From Octopus vulgaris (taxonomy: Eukaryota), in assembly GCA_951406725.2 (NCBI GenBank), contig OX597815.1:107446001-107510000 (forward strand): a stretch of DNA of 64,000 nt, given 5' to 3'. Under the pieces are notes generated by a model. That model worked only from the letters and a program-made list of their open reading frames with translations, was not told where the DNA came from and did not search any database. The stretch's first letter is position 1. Every line of letters starts with the position of its first letter. Of this stretch, positions 1 through 12,991 are shown in pieces. The position numbers and the translations under genes are program-made.

Positions 1-419
1 CATTATTTTTATTCCTACCCCATATCATCTAATTGTATATATCTTTCATTACGTTTCATAAAAAGCCTTTGTTTATTTTGATTTCCAATGTGCATTTTCA
101 TTTATTTTTCTTCTTACTTTCCCATTGCATTTCCATGTGTAGTTTCTATTTTCTTTTTGTAACATTTTTCTATTGTATGCATGTATATGCACATATAGGA
201 GTGTACAAGCATATTTAGCATGTTTTTGTACATTCAGATGGAAGTCATTCACTGAGGAAATGGTTTTGGGAGAAAATTCTCTTCATCAGACTATACGTGT
301 GAAAACACATTGGGATATGAACAACATCACTGGATCATAGGACACATGCATTTCTGAGTTGATACAGTTTTCATCAGTTGTCAGCTCAGTAACAGTCGTT
401 CCTAGCCCACTAAAAATGG

Positions 420-1780
420 TTGTTCTTATAAATATAAGCAGCAAATAGTACATTTGCTGATGTGTGTATTGAGGTGCTAAAGTATTATTGAGGGACAGGT
501 AGAAGTGTCTTACTATAAAAGAGATACATGGTTGCCTTGCATTAAGTCAGAGTAGGTGGGAATAGCTGGGAAGAAGGTAAAGATGTTGGTGATAAGATGT
601 TAGAGAATACATGAGTATAAGAGAGAATATGCACTATTGATGTTTAAGTGTGGTGAATAAATTCATAGAAGTATGAAAAGAGAGTGAGAGTGGCAGGTGG
701 TTAGAGATGGAGAATGAGGTTAACGTTGAGAAAGAGGTACAATGATGTGGTGTGTTGCTCAATGGTAAAACTCAGTACAGGATAAGGTAAGAAAAATAGT
801 TTAGGATGGCAGTGATAAATTGTAGTACTGGGAGGGCGGAGAGCAGTTGTATAATAAATCTGTAAAAAGATTAGAAAATAGAGAAAGCCTGTAGATCAGT
901 GGTTTTCAACCAGAGTTCTGCGGAACCTTAGGCTTCCGCCAGTACAGTCCAGGAGTTCCGCAAGAAGTTACAAAACTGCTAAAATCGGCAGTAATTTTTA
1001 ATTCTCCTGTGCAGATATGTGTGCATAAGACTATTAAATTATTGCACAGGGGTTCCTCGAGCCAGTGGAATGTTTCCTTGGGGTTCCGCTCCAGCAAAAA
1101 TGTTGAAAAGCACTGCTATAGATAGATAAGAAAATCAGGAGGTGATGCATGAGTTAGGAGAGGGAAGAGAAAGAAAAAGGGGGAGACAAATGTGCAGGGA
1201 CAGATATAGAGATCAGAGGTGTGTAGTGGTGACTATAGTTAGCAGGGAGGACAAGGATGGTGGAGGAGCATTGAAGGCAGGTATGAGTAGGTGTTGGAAA
1301 TTATATTAATAGCAGATATGAGAGGGCATCAAAGATAAGATAAGGCAGCCCTAAAGAAGGAGAGATACTGCAAGCACAGAAAGGGGCGAATAGTGGAGAA
1401 TAAAGGATAACGTTGAGAATGAGAGATGTATGTTAAAAAAAGTGGCTCTAGGGAGAGGAGAAGGTAACTAGTAACTCAAAGAAGAAGAAATATCTGCTGT
1501 CATAAGATTGCAACAGCTGAACAGTGCCATTGATAGAAGAATGGTGGAGAGATGAGTGTTAGGAAAGATGTGAGGAGGAGAAAGCTCAATGGGTATTGAT
1601 TGGCTGCTGGGGCAGGGTCCAGTGAGCATTTAGACATAAACCTAGTGCTTTTACAACTTCATTTTCTGTGTGACAGACAAGTCTTCTAAAGAACAGTGGA
1701 ACACTTATCATTTTGGTCCTTTGTCTTCTCTGTGAGACTCAATATCTGGAGTTAAGCTTACTACTGCACTGTTTCACAGT
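420..1780 (-). mobile_element. Old RTE-like LINE 3' portion with long purine-rich (plus strand) 3'UTR
   Basis: 1690-1780 resembles the RTE ORF end at 58100-58170. The purine-rich part matches 14900-16120 (ggtgggaatagctgg..aaagatg at ~556 and ~15096). Confidence 0.4.
897..1115. mobile_element. hAT-type MITE
   Basis: TIRs cagtggttttcaac / gttgaaaagcactg; 8-bp TSD ctgtagat (889-896) / ctatagat (1116-1123). Confidence 0.85.
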
Positions 1781-1985
1781 CACGTCAATTTGTTTTTAGA
1801 TTGTTTTAATTTACTTTGAGATTATTTAATTTTTTTTGAGATTATTTTAATTTTTATTTTAAAAGGTAAAGAAAGTTTCATGTCACTGAAATGCGCTGAG
1901 GTATGATACTCTCTCCAGTTACTGCATATAACGAGTAGAAATTGTATATAACTAACAAGTGACTGCTGTTTGTTCAACTTTTCAG

Positions 1986-2027
1986 CATATTGACCAATGA
2001 CTTCCACATATTCCTGGATTTGAGGAA
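1986..2027 (+). other. Candidate 42-nt host exon
   Basis: Branch point ACTAAC at 1951, pyrimidine tract and ttcag acceptor at 1985, gtaagt donor at 2028. One frame is open (ILTNDFHIFLDLR). Confidence 0.5.
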
Positions 2028-2525
2028 GTAAGTTGTGTTGACACCAATGGCGCCTTTTAATGGTTTAAATGATATAACCATTCCATTTAATAATATCAGC
2101 TTTGATAAAGTTGTCAGTGCTTCCACAACCAATTCAAACTTGCATTGAGAAATTGTTAATTACAATGTTAATGAGCGGATAAGATAAAGGATATTCCAAT
2201 AACGCTGGAAATTCAAAGCTGAAGAATTTAATGCACTGAAGATTAGTTTATAATCTGGTTATAAAGGAATCCTATTGGTTTATTATGTGATTTGCACACC
2301 TGAGAGAAAAAAGGGCCTGTTTTCTTAACTTTATAACATATTTAATTTCTTGTTGGATATTTTCTATACTCATCACAAATGAAAATTTCTGTGAAGCAGC
2401 TGGTTAAGTAGTTTTTTTCTGGGTGTCTCTTTTTTAACAGTTACAAATGATGTAAAGGCTAATGTGCTTTAGAATTATGTTTAATTCCCTGGTTTGTGAC
2501 ACTTGTTTCCAAGTCCAGTATTTCA

Positions 2526-2700
2526 AAGCACCCACTACACTCTCGGAGTGGTTGGCGTTAGGAAGGGCATCCAGCTGTAGAAACTCTGCCAGATCAAGAC
2601 TGGAGCCTGGTGCAGCTATCTGATTGCCAGCCCTCAGTCAAAACCATCCAACCCATGCTAGCATGAAAAACGGACGTTAAATGATGATGATGATGATGAT
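2526..2700 (+). mobile_element. 5'-truncated RTE 3' end with (TGA)n tail
   Basis: cacccactacactctcggagtggttggcgttaggaagggcatccagc...ggacgttaaatgatgatg is homologous to the 3' end of the full-length RTE. Confidence 0.9.
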
Positions 2701-3545
2701 AGTCTGTATCTTATATTGGTTGATATTATTCTATAAATAAAGGCATCCCTAACTGGATTTTTCATATATAGTTCAGATAACACTGCCTATAAATGCATTC
2801 TTTAGCTAAGAGTTTTAATGAAAATACTGATCCAGGAATTCAGATGGATATTTATGAGCTCACAGGGTTAACGTGTTATCATTTAAACTGGCCATATCTG
2901 GCTCAAATATTCCACCTGTTTCATGTTCAAACTGGTCAGATCCAACCTCTCACACCCACCCTACAATGTCATTCTAAAAATAAACAGTTGCACCTTTGAA
3001 ATCTTAAAACTACAAGATAATGCATGATTAATTCTACACAATGTGAATAAATAAGAATTACATTTCACAGAATAATCTGAAAGCTAAAATGTTAATGTAG
3101 ATTTCATTTCAGTGATTTGTTGTATCACAATTGTCAGAATCTCCAATAAATTGACATACTTTGTGAGATATGAAAATTACAAAGGCATACAATCTGTTGA
3201 TATTAAAAACGGATATGTGAGAACTTTCTCCAGCCAATTTTTATTCTAGCAACTATATTTTCAGAACATACTCTTCCACTGCTAATTAGGTAACCTTAGT
3301 AACTGAAACTATCTAATACCACCAAGGATCCTTCTGGGCATTCAAGAAAATATATTTCCTGAGTAGTCTTAGTGCTTTCTTGGTCCTGTGCATTAACCAT
3401 TCTGTGTTAATCTTCCTGTAATTCTACTGCATTTCCTGTGACCATAGTTTGCACTGAGTAAAGCAAACTGAATTCCTATCTACAACTTCTCAACTCATTG
3501 AACAGAGCCAATACATACATACCTTGGATCTAGGTTAGAAACTGG

Positions 3546-3964
3546 GGATTTTTTCAGTTTGAACGGCAGTTTTTTCTAGCGGTGTCATATGAAATTGTCA
3601 CCCATAATTATGACCCTAGTATCGATCTATTGCATTTCAATCTGTTTTAGGGTTAGGGTTAGGGGTGGGGGGAAGGGTATCTTTTTTCTTCAGAAATGTA
3701 AATAAACCCAATCTGTTTCTTAAACGAGGGACATATTCATATGGCACAGAATGTTTTCACCTCAAATAGACGTCATTGATTGGTTGAAATTGCAGAAATT
3801 GAAGAAAAAAAAAACAACAAATATCTTACAAATTATAGAATTTTCTTAATAAAGCCAAGAGAAAAAGATGTTTTATAAACACATTCTACCAGTACACGAA
3901 GTTTAAAAGTGTTTAGTTACGTGGAAATTATTTAAAAAAACTACCGTTCAAACCAAAAAGATCC
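3546..3964. mobile_element. Non-autonomous TIR element with GG..CC termini and 8-bp TSD (Merlin- or hAT-like)
   Basis: TIR ggattttttcagtttgaacggcagtttttt / aaaaaactaccgttcaaaccaaaaagatcc; perfect TSD gaaactgg (3538-3545, 3965-3972). Confidence 0.85.
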
Positions 3965-5185
3965 GAAACTGGCTTTTTCTCTGTTGAAAAAGATCTTGAA
4001 ATAAAGCTGAATAATGATATACATACATACATATATACATACATACATACATCTTGATATTGTGCACTGATTGTAAACAGACGTTATGGTCACAAAAGTA
4101 GTGATGTTTGTTTACAATTTTCTGTTTTCCTGCGAAAACATATCCATACTCCAGGAAAATATTGGTTCACTTGGAAACAGGTAAGGGCTGGTGATAGGAA
4201 GAGTATTTGGCCTCAGAAAATCTGCCTCAAAGAATACCATCTGACACAAAGAGAGAGGCACAGAAAAGGAGATGTAGAAATGATGATGATGATGATGATG
4301 ATAAGGAGGAGGAGAATGATGATGCTGATGATGATAACAATGACGATTTGTGCTGACATCTTGTTTTCAAAGATAAATCTGTTATCTCTTTGAGTTTATC
4401 TTACATTTAGATGATATAACTGTGACTGGGACACTTTAGCAACACCATGTATCTTTGTTGTGTTTATTCTTTTTGAAACCATGGAAACCATTTTCATAAT
4501 AGACCAGAAGATTCAAGTACCATGAGCTGCTGGAGCTAAAAACATTGTTTGCTCCTTTTAACCTTTCCTTCTTTTTTTTTTTTTTTTGTTTACAACCATT
4601 CTTTATAAAAAGAAGTAAAAAATAGATAAAGCATTTAATGAAAATATTTCCACTGATACGTTATCACCAAATAAGTTATATTTTATAAAAGTCAATAAAT
4701 TCAAAAGAATTCAATTAGGAATAAAATAAATGGTTATGTGTCCAAAGAAAAATGTGGAAATAGAACAAAATATAAACTAGAGAATAGAAACAATTTTGGA
4801 GCAATTACTACAGAATTTTTTGTCAATAAACATAGATCAGAGAAAATAATGTTATTTACTGGCCTCTCCCGTTAACAATTGAGACATAAAATTATAAGTT
4901 ATTGATAGTTCTACATTGGTGTAATAGTGTTATTTTTGCAACACTTTTCTTGCAAGTTGTTTAAATTGTTGCTTTATAATAATTGACAATCATAACATGA
5001 ACATGTTTACTGCAACAACAATTCAATGGAATGGCCACGTTTTATACAAACACAAACATGCATATGTGTGTGTGTGTTTGTGTATTAATATACACAATAT
5101 ACATACATGCATATGTATATATATATATGTGTGTGTCTTCATATATGTATGTATGCATATATATATATATATGCATATATATATA

Positions 5186-5400
5186 CTTTATTTAAAGCAG
5201 CAGAAAATTCAACAAAACCTGTTACTCTGAGTTTCCCATTGCCGTTCATTTTTGAAAAAACTGTCCGATGAACGGCAACGAGAAACTCAGAGTAACAGGT
5301 TTTGTTGAATTTTCAGCTGCTTTAAATAAAGCATATTACTCTACCACTGGTATTTGAGTACTCTTTTTTCCACCTTGTTTCACATTTATGTGTTTACTCC

Positions 5401-5403
<3 letters not shown>
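5186..5403 (+). mobile_element. Short Penelope pLTR-like fragment with 5' inversion, flanked by (TA)n
   Basis: Inverted arms 5186-5249 / 5268-5331; contains a hammerhead-like fold; TA repeats on both sides. Confidence 0.6.
5261..5298 (+). ncRNA. Minimal type I hammerhead ribozyme variant (CCGAUGA core)
   Basis: ctgt-CCGATGA-acggcaacga-GAAAC-tcaga-GTA-acag; stem I ctgt/acag, stem III act/agt. Confidence 0.55.
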
Positions 5404-5438
<35 letters not shown>

Positions 5439-5571
5439 CATACATACATATATATACAGGGTGCGGTGAATAAACTGTCGTCTAAACTACGCAGAAATGA
5501 AAATAATAGTGACATCTCATTTTAACAGATATATTAACTAAAATTACATAAAAATATCTTGAAGTACTAAA

Positions 5572-6805
5572 GGGTTGGACAGTTTGACTGAGGACTTGTG
5601 AGTCAGGAGGCTGCACCAGGCTCCAGTCTGATATGGCAGTGTTTCTTCAGCTGGATGCCCTTCCTAATGCCAACCACTCCGAGAGTGTAGTGGGTGCTTT
5701 TTATGTGCCACCGATACAGGGGCCAGTCAGATAGGACTGGCATCAGCCATTCTCGAATGGTGCTTTTTATGTGCCACCAGCATGGGAACCAGTCAGGTAG
5801 CAATGGCATCGACCATTGCTTGGACGGTGCTTTTTACGTGCCACTAGCACTGGCATCAGCGATGCTTGAATGGTGCTTTTTATGTGCCATCAGCATGGGT
5901 GCCAGTCAGGCGGCACTCGTATCAACCATGACTATGATTTCATTTGACGCAACAGGTCTTCTCAAGCACAGGGTACTTCTAAACTGGCTGCTTATGCAAC
6001 ACTGGCATCAGCCATGGCTATGACTTCACTTGTCTTACCAGGTCTTCTCAAGCACACCATATCACCAAAGGTCTCAATAGCTTGTCATTACCTCTGTGAG
6101 GCCCAACGCTGGAATGTTGTGCCTCATCACCTCATCCCATGTCTTCCTGGGTATACCTCTCTCACAGGTTCCCTCCACTGTTAGAGTGTGACACTTCTTC
6201 ACAGAGCTGTCCTCATCCATACACAACACATGACCATACCAGTGCAGTTGTCTCTCTTGCACACCACATCTGATGCTTCTTATGTCCAACTTTTCTCTCA
6301 GAGTGCTTACATTCTGTTGTGTATTTGTGTATGCACATTGACATTACACATCCAGCAGAGCATACTAGCTTCATTTCTTTCGAGCCTATGCATATCCTCA
6401 GCAGTTACAGCCCATATTTCACTGCTGTGTAGCATGGCTGTTTGCACACTTGCATCATACAGTCTACCTTTCACTCTGAGCGAGAGGTCCTTTGTTACAA
6501 ACAGAGGTAGGAGCTCTCTGAACTTTGCCCAGCCCAGGCTATTCTTATTCTGCTCTCAGAGCATCCATCCAGGCTACTGACTTGGTCACCTAAGTAACAA
6601 AATCTATCAACTACTAGTTTTCCCCACTGGCATGTGATAGAATCTGTTTTCTGTAAAACTTTGGTGTTTATTGACCCCGTGCATCTGTCACACACAAATA
6701 CTATCTTCCTGGCTAACCTTCCTTTGATATTGTTGCACCTCATGTGTCCATAGCTTACACTGGGTACATCTTATGGAGTTTCTACCTATGTTTTTTCTAC
6801 ATGAA
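5572..6805 (-). pseudogene. Decayed RTE LINE fragment (RT C-terminus including PHD remnant, plus 3'UTR)
   Basis: ORF pieces ERQLHWYGHV...KTWDEV, FCYLGDQVS and GRNSIRCTQCKLWTH match the 58057-59922 protein. Confidence 0.9.
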
Positions 6806-7244
6806 CTCATAAACTGAATCATGTGTTCATTCTCTACCAAGACTTGACAGAAAACATTCAGAGCATTAATTATTTGGACATGTTCAGTCAACTGAATCAG
6901 CCTTAACTTATGACACCACACATTGTCACTTGATAATAACACACAGACATAGCAGGGAATCTACAAAAATTTCTAAGATGTGTGATGTGACCATCCTCTT
7001 CCAATCATATCCTATTCTTTGAACATATACTAATTTGAACCATGAACTCCCCATAAAAATAGTGCAAGTTTCAAACACTAGTCAGAAGCAAGACAGCTGT
7101 GACACAAGCCACATCTTTCTATTTGAGCTTTTTGAAAATAAGTGTAAACTATAAAACTGGTTAAAGCTTTAAATATATTAGTAAAAAATATTTTAACTAT
7201 TCTCAGTGTTTTCAACTCCTATTTTTACCTATATATATATATAT

Positions 7245-7480
7245 CATCATCATCATCATCGTTTAGCGTCCGCTTTCCATGCTGGCATGGGTTGGACGGT
7301 GCAACTGGGGTCTGGGAAGCCAGAAGGCTGCACCAGGTCCAGTCTGATCTGGCAATGTTTCTGCGGCTGGATGCCCTTCCTAACGCCAACCACTCCATGA
7401 GTGTAGTGGGTGCTTTTTACGTGCCACCTGCACAGGTGCCAGACAAGTCTGGCAAACAGCCACGGTCGGATGGTGCTTTT
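7245..7480 (-). mobile_element. RTE 3' end with (TGA)n tail
   Basis: (CAT)n followed by the reverse complement of the conserved RTE tail. Confidence 0.9.
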
Positions 7481-7752
7481 AGGATAATCAAAAATATTGG
7501 AAATTCCAAAATTAGAATTTATAAGCGTGGGGCATATACTGGATTGCCTCGTGTATACATATCTAATCTAAGGTGTACCTGCTGAAGAAGACTTTGCCTA
7601 GCAAATTATTTTATTTGTTAAAAAAAAGGCCAGGAGTTAGATGGTAAATGTTTTTATTTTTCATTCCCTTCTAAATTTTATCCCTAATAGTGGTTTGGAA
7701 TTTAACAGTTCTCTCTAGCATGCAAGGAGTCCTATGATGGTTGCCTGTTATG

Positions 7753-7981
7753 TATTTCTTTACTACCCACAAGGGGCTAAACACAGAGGGGACAAACAAG
7801 GACAGACAAATGGATTAAGTCGATTACATCGACCCCAGTGCGTAACTGGTACTTAATTTATCGACCCCGAAAGGATGAAAGGCAAAGTTGACCTCGGCGG
7901 AATTTGAACTCAACGTAATGGCAGACGAAATACGGCTACGCATTTCGCCCAGCATGCTAACGTTTCTGCCAGCTCGCCACC
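7753..7981 (-). mobile_element. Full-length tRNA-derived SINE with Meta-like central domain
   Basis: A/B-box head (ggtggcgagctggcag...gagttcaaattcc), gcctttcatcctttcggggtcgataaa domain, 15-bp TSD tggttgcctgttatg (7738-7752, 7982-7996). Confidence 0.9.
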
Positions 7982-8064
7982 TGGTTGCCTGTTATGTGTT
8001 TAAATGTACACTGTATTTATATATATGTATATATATATATATATTGATGTGATATCTTTATATA

Positions 8065-8327
8065 TCTTTTATGTGTTTCATTCATTAGACACGGCAACCA
8101 TGCTGGGGTGGTGGGGGGCAAACACAGACACAAATAGCAAACATACATACATATACATATTTATATATGACGGGCTTCTTTCAGTTTCCATCTACATCCA
8201 CTCACAAGGCTTTGGTTGGCCCAAGGCTATAGTAGAAGGCTCTTGCCCAAGGAACCATGTAGTGGTACTGAACCTGGGATCATGAGGTTGGGAAGCAAGC
8301 TTCTTACCACACAGCCACTCCTGCGCC
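8065..8327 (-). mobile_element. tRNA-derived CORE-like SINE (second family)
   Basis: Head gtggctgtgtggtaagaagc...ggttcag and CORE-like ccttgggcaag. Further copies at ~10643, 22011, 23592, 25415, 38305 and 38663. Confidence 0.8.
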
Positions 8328-8650
8328 TATGAAAGGATTTGCTAGATATTTTTTAAAATGTAATCTGTGGATGTTGAAGCTGAATTAGATAGTGAATGGT
8401 GAGTTGGAGGATTAAAACGAACAGAAACACACACAGTGAAAGCAGTAAAATGTATCATTTATACCATTGTTCAGATACATTTACTGTGTAGTCAGTCCGA
8501 AATAATAATTTCATTGTAAAATGCATTATTTAAAAAAAAAAATTAATTGCTTTTGTATGTTTCTAAATTATTGTTACAGTAACAAATGAATAAATTGAAA
8601 GGTTTGGTGCTGTCTTGTGCTGACAATTCATTTTGAATTTTGCAGTTCAC

Positions 8651-8658
<8 letters not shown>

Positions 8659-8710
<52 letters not shown>

Positions 8711-8985
8711 ATGCGTGTGTGCATGTGTGTGTGTGCATGTGTGTATGTATGTGTGTGTGTGTGCACGTGCACATGTGCGTGTGTTAAAGGTGAAATACTA
8801 AACTTATTTATTTTCTACTTTTTACATTGTTAAGTGAACTTCATTCCTTTGCTATTGCTTTACAAGTCCTTATACAAAATAATCAATAATCTGAAATTGT
8901 CCGATGTCACTTAAAAGGTATGCTGTAGCCCAACTGAATGTTATTGGGGTCATATAACTGTGCCAAAACCAAGGCAGTCTTATTG

Positions 8986-9022
<37 letters not shown>

Positions 9023-9370
9023 TTTAATGTTCACTTTTTGATGCTTGGATGGGTCAGAATATTGGAAATGTATGACTCTGAATATTGTATGACAATGACA
9101 ATCATTTGCAGCTATCACATGATGTAAAGACAAAGAGACACACATACACACATGCACATCTACATACATACATACATACATACATGAATGCATACATACA
9201 TACATACATAGATACATACATAGATACATACATACATACATACATACACAGATGCACATCTACATACATACATACATACATAGATGCATGCATGCATGCA
9301 TATATACACACATACATACATACATACATACATACATACATACATACATACATACATACATACATACATC
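8659..9370. repeat. (GT)n, (CAT)n and (TACA)n microsatellite cluster
   Basis: Directly visible simple repeats. Confidence 0.95.
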
Positions 9371-9376
9371 TATGCA

Positions 9377-10642
9377 TTGGGTCATCCTATAAATAATGCA
9401 GTTTTTTTTATACTTCTTTTATTTTTCAAAATTAAGATAAACAAAGTTCTTTTTTAATCTAAAATATACTTTCCTTCATTTTCTACAATGCTCTTTCATC
9501 TATCTGGTAGATATGCAAAATTCAGTTGTCTGTGATGAAAAATACTCCTCCAGTACTGTTCTGACCTTGTCTATAGAATTTATATTTTTTCCATCAAAAT
9601 GATTTTGATAACTGCAGAATAAATGATAATCAGATGGGGCAATGTCTGGTGAATATGATGGGTGGAGCATCATTTCTCAGTCAAACTGCTCCAGCATTTG
9701 GAATGTCATCCTCACTGTATGTGGCCAAGCATTATCCTGATAGAAGAATACTTTTTGTCTTGAAACCAAAGATGGTTGTTTTACTTCTAGCACTGACTTA
9801 AGCCACTCAAGCTCCTCACAGTAGATCTCTTTTGTTATTGTTTGATTTGGATTTAAAAGTACAAAGTGGACTAAACCTTTCATATCCCACCAAACAGATA
9901 ACAACACCTTATGTGGGTGAAGACCTTCTTTAGCCTGGGGTGCTGGTGTTTCTCCTTTCCCTACCCACTGTCTTTGGTGCTTGACATTTTAATAGAGAAC
10001 CTATTTCTCATCACCAGTCACTCATCGCAGTCCAAAAAAGGTTCATTCGTGAGACATGACAGCAAACAAGAACACACATTTACTCTCTGCATGCGATTAG
10101 ACTCGAAGAGTTTGTGAGGAGCTAAATGACCCAATTTGCTGACTTTTCTGATGACACACAGGTGATGATGAATGGTTGAATGACCAAACCCAAGCTTCTC
10201 TGCTAGTTTCTTGACAGTTACAATGGAATTTTGTTCAACTAGAGTTTGCAGGATGTCCTTGTTAAGCTCTACAGATCTTCCAGGATGAGGCTTATCTTTT
10301 AGGCTGTAGTTTCCAGCTTGGAATTTCTGGAACCACCGTTGACACTGGCTTATGCTTATTGTCCAATCCCCATATACTGCATTAATATTCCTTGCACTTT
10401 CCATTGCATTGTTGCCTTTATTGAACTCATAAAGCTAAATATGTTGAATATCTCTTTTGTCACTTCTATTATAGCTTTAAAAAAATAACTGTTAAAATCG
10501 AACTGTACTCTTCAAACCTTGCATTAAGAATAAGTACAAGGTAAAATTACTACCTGTTTTGATAGTAAGTTGATGTAGGTAGTTTATCCTGTCTCCCTCT
10601 GACTTTTAGTTCATGTAATTGAAAAAGGTGCATTATTTATGG
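9377..10642 (-). mobile_element. Decayed mariner transposon (DD34D-type transposase pseudogene)
   Basis: Fragments ARNINAVYG..CQRWFQKF, MLLSVWWDMKG, YQDNAWPH and a YSPDIAPSDYHLF-like motif; TIR remnants cctataaataatgca / tgcattatttatgg. Confidence 0.9.
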
Positions 10643-10991
10643 ACTGCAGCCATGCAGGGACACCACCTTGAAGGATCTAATTGAATATATTGACCTCTGT
10701 ATTTATTTTTTTTAAAGCCTGGTACTTATTCTATTGGTCTCCTTTTGTTGAACTACTGACTTACAGGTATGTAAACAAACCAACACCAGTTGTCTACTGG
10801 TGGTGGGGGCCAAACACAAAGACACACACACACACACATACAATGGGCTTCTTTCAGTTTCTGTCTATATCAAATACACTCACAAGGCTTTGTCGGCCTG
10901 GGGCTTTAGTAGAAAACTTGCCCAAGGTGCCACACAGTGGGACTGAACTCATGATCACATGGTTGGGAAGTAAGTTTCTTGCCACACAGCT
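10643..10991 (-). mobile_element. CORE-like SINE abutting the mariner TIR
   Basis: Same family as 8065-8327. Confidence 0.75.
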
Positions 10992-11279
10992 GTTCTTTCA
11001 AGATTGTACCAAAATTATTGCAGAAGTGGGTACGATTCTGTATTAATTGACATAAGTTGTGCTTTTTTTCTGATCTGATGACAGGGATGAAGTATAGATG
11101 CATCTGTATGATCTGTAAATAAAGGTTCAATCCATTGATGGGCATCACATCTCTTCTCTAAGGTCTAGGAAGTTCAAGAGCCAATACTTAGCACAAATGG
11201 TGACTGTTTTAGCATGAGAAGGGCTTCATTCTCTTTGATCTTCTGGAGCATGGTTGTACTTAGAGAAGCCAATAAGAAT

Positions 11280-12625
11280 CTGAGAAATGATACAGTGCAA
11301 ATGGGAAGTGTTCTGGATTGTGGGACAGTGTGTGAGAGAGAACTGAGACATCATTGGTGAAAAGTGCATGATGAAAGCATGCTCACTTTCAATATAGAAG
11401 ACAAAAATGTGACATAGAAGTACTATTATAAGTGACTTCTGAATGTGGAGAGTAAATGGAATATGGAGGGGCAACCTCATGCTAACTCTACAGGGAAACT
11501 ACCAGTGCAATCAGATAGCAGCACATTAGATAAAGCCATTAAGGACATAAAGAGAGGGAAAGCTGTGGGTTCATCGTGGATAGTTGCAGAGTTATTCAAA
11601 ATATCTGGTGAGGTAGGATCTATGATTTCCACTCAAATAGTTAAATCAAATGATGCAAGGAGTCTTATGTAATGACAAGAGTTTTCATATCATTGTACAT
11701 GGTTACATAGGCAAAGGAGATGCCTTAGAGAGAGGAAACTATAAAAAAATCAAACTTCTGGATCAGGTTATGAAGGTTAAAGAGGGACTTGATCTGTAAC
11801 TGAGTAGACCTAGATGAGATGTAATTTGGCTTCTTGCCAGAAGAGGTGTCATGGATATAACCTTCATAATGAAGCAACTGTTGGAGAAATAATTGGCTAA
11901 GAATTAATCACTATTCCTGGCATTCATTGACTTGGAGAAAGTGTTTGACTCAGTAATTAGGTGGCCATGGGGGCTGTACAGACTATGTACAAAGATGTAG
12001 TGAAAGTCAATAAAGATTTCAGTGATGAGTTTCAGTGACCTCTAATTCATTATTATCATACAGGCCATCACATAGGAGTTAAAGATTGGATATCCATGGG
12101 AGCACCTATTTTCTGATGGCCTAGTTATCATAGTTGAATCTATAGAGGATTTAAAGAGGAAATTCTCTGCATGGAAGCTAAACTTAAAAGTGAAAAGCCT
12201 TAAGGTTAACTTACCAAAGATAAACTCAACATGCTGAGCCAAATGTCAGCTATGGATACACAAGAGGTGTAGTGAAATTACAGGCAAACTAACAGAGAAT
12301 ACAACCTTCATATGTGACATGCACTAGAGGACTAAATACTATGAGCACAAGGGAAATAAATTTCCATAACTACCTGTATAGTTTACAAGAAGTAGTTGAC
12401 TGTTTTTGCTTCACATGGGATGTATTTAACAGGTGAGGTGGGCTGCTTCGAAAGTATAATAGCCTAGGTAAGAACAGGTTGGAAAATGTTCTGGGAGCTA
12501 TTACTGCTGCTGACAAGGGTCTTTTCCCTCAGAATGAAGAAGAGATTGTATGAGGCTTGCATCAGAACTGCAATGCTGCATGGTAGTGAGACATGAGCCT
12601 TGAATGCAGAAGACTTAAGAAGTCT
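11280..12625 (+). pseudogene. Old, heavily decayed RTE RT fragment
   Basis: Remnants KAIKDIKRGKAVGSSWIVAELFKISG, GKGDALERGNY, AFIDLEKVFD and TAMLHGSET match the intact RT. Confidence 0.85.
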
Positions 12626-12626
12626 T

Positions 12627-12885
12627 AGTGATTATTGGTCAGATAATGCAAAGTTACAAATTATGCTCTCAACACTTATTGTTAAATCAGCTGAGATGAG
12701 TAATTACTAAACATAATATTATTAGAATGAACAGGTGACTGTAGTGACCATCATGGAGATGGTTCCATTACAGTCACCTTTTCATTCTGACATTATTAAT
12801 TTTAATAGTTACACCTCTCTGATGATTTGATAGTTAAGTGCTGATTATGTCATTTGTAATTTTGTATACTGTATCCAATAATCAC
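12627..12885. repeat. Old ~260-bp imperfect palindrome (foldback/MITE)
   Basis: gtgattattgg...gaatgaacaggtgactgtagtg pairs with cattacagtcaccttttcattc...ccaataatcac. Confidence 0.75.
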
Positions 12886-12959
12886 CTCATGTTAATGAAA
12901 TATATGTAAAATGATGGTTTAAATACATACCTTATAAACAATATCTTGTGTTTTGTTCT

Positions 12960-12991
<32 letters not shown>

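Noticed and set aside
240-410. Several hammerhead-like fragments in a T-rich segment
   Set aside because: No single arrangement has an intact core plus all three stems.
7753-7981. tRNA genes
   Set aside because: The A/B-box sequences are SINE heads with TSDs and no complete cloverleaf.
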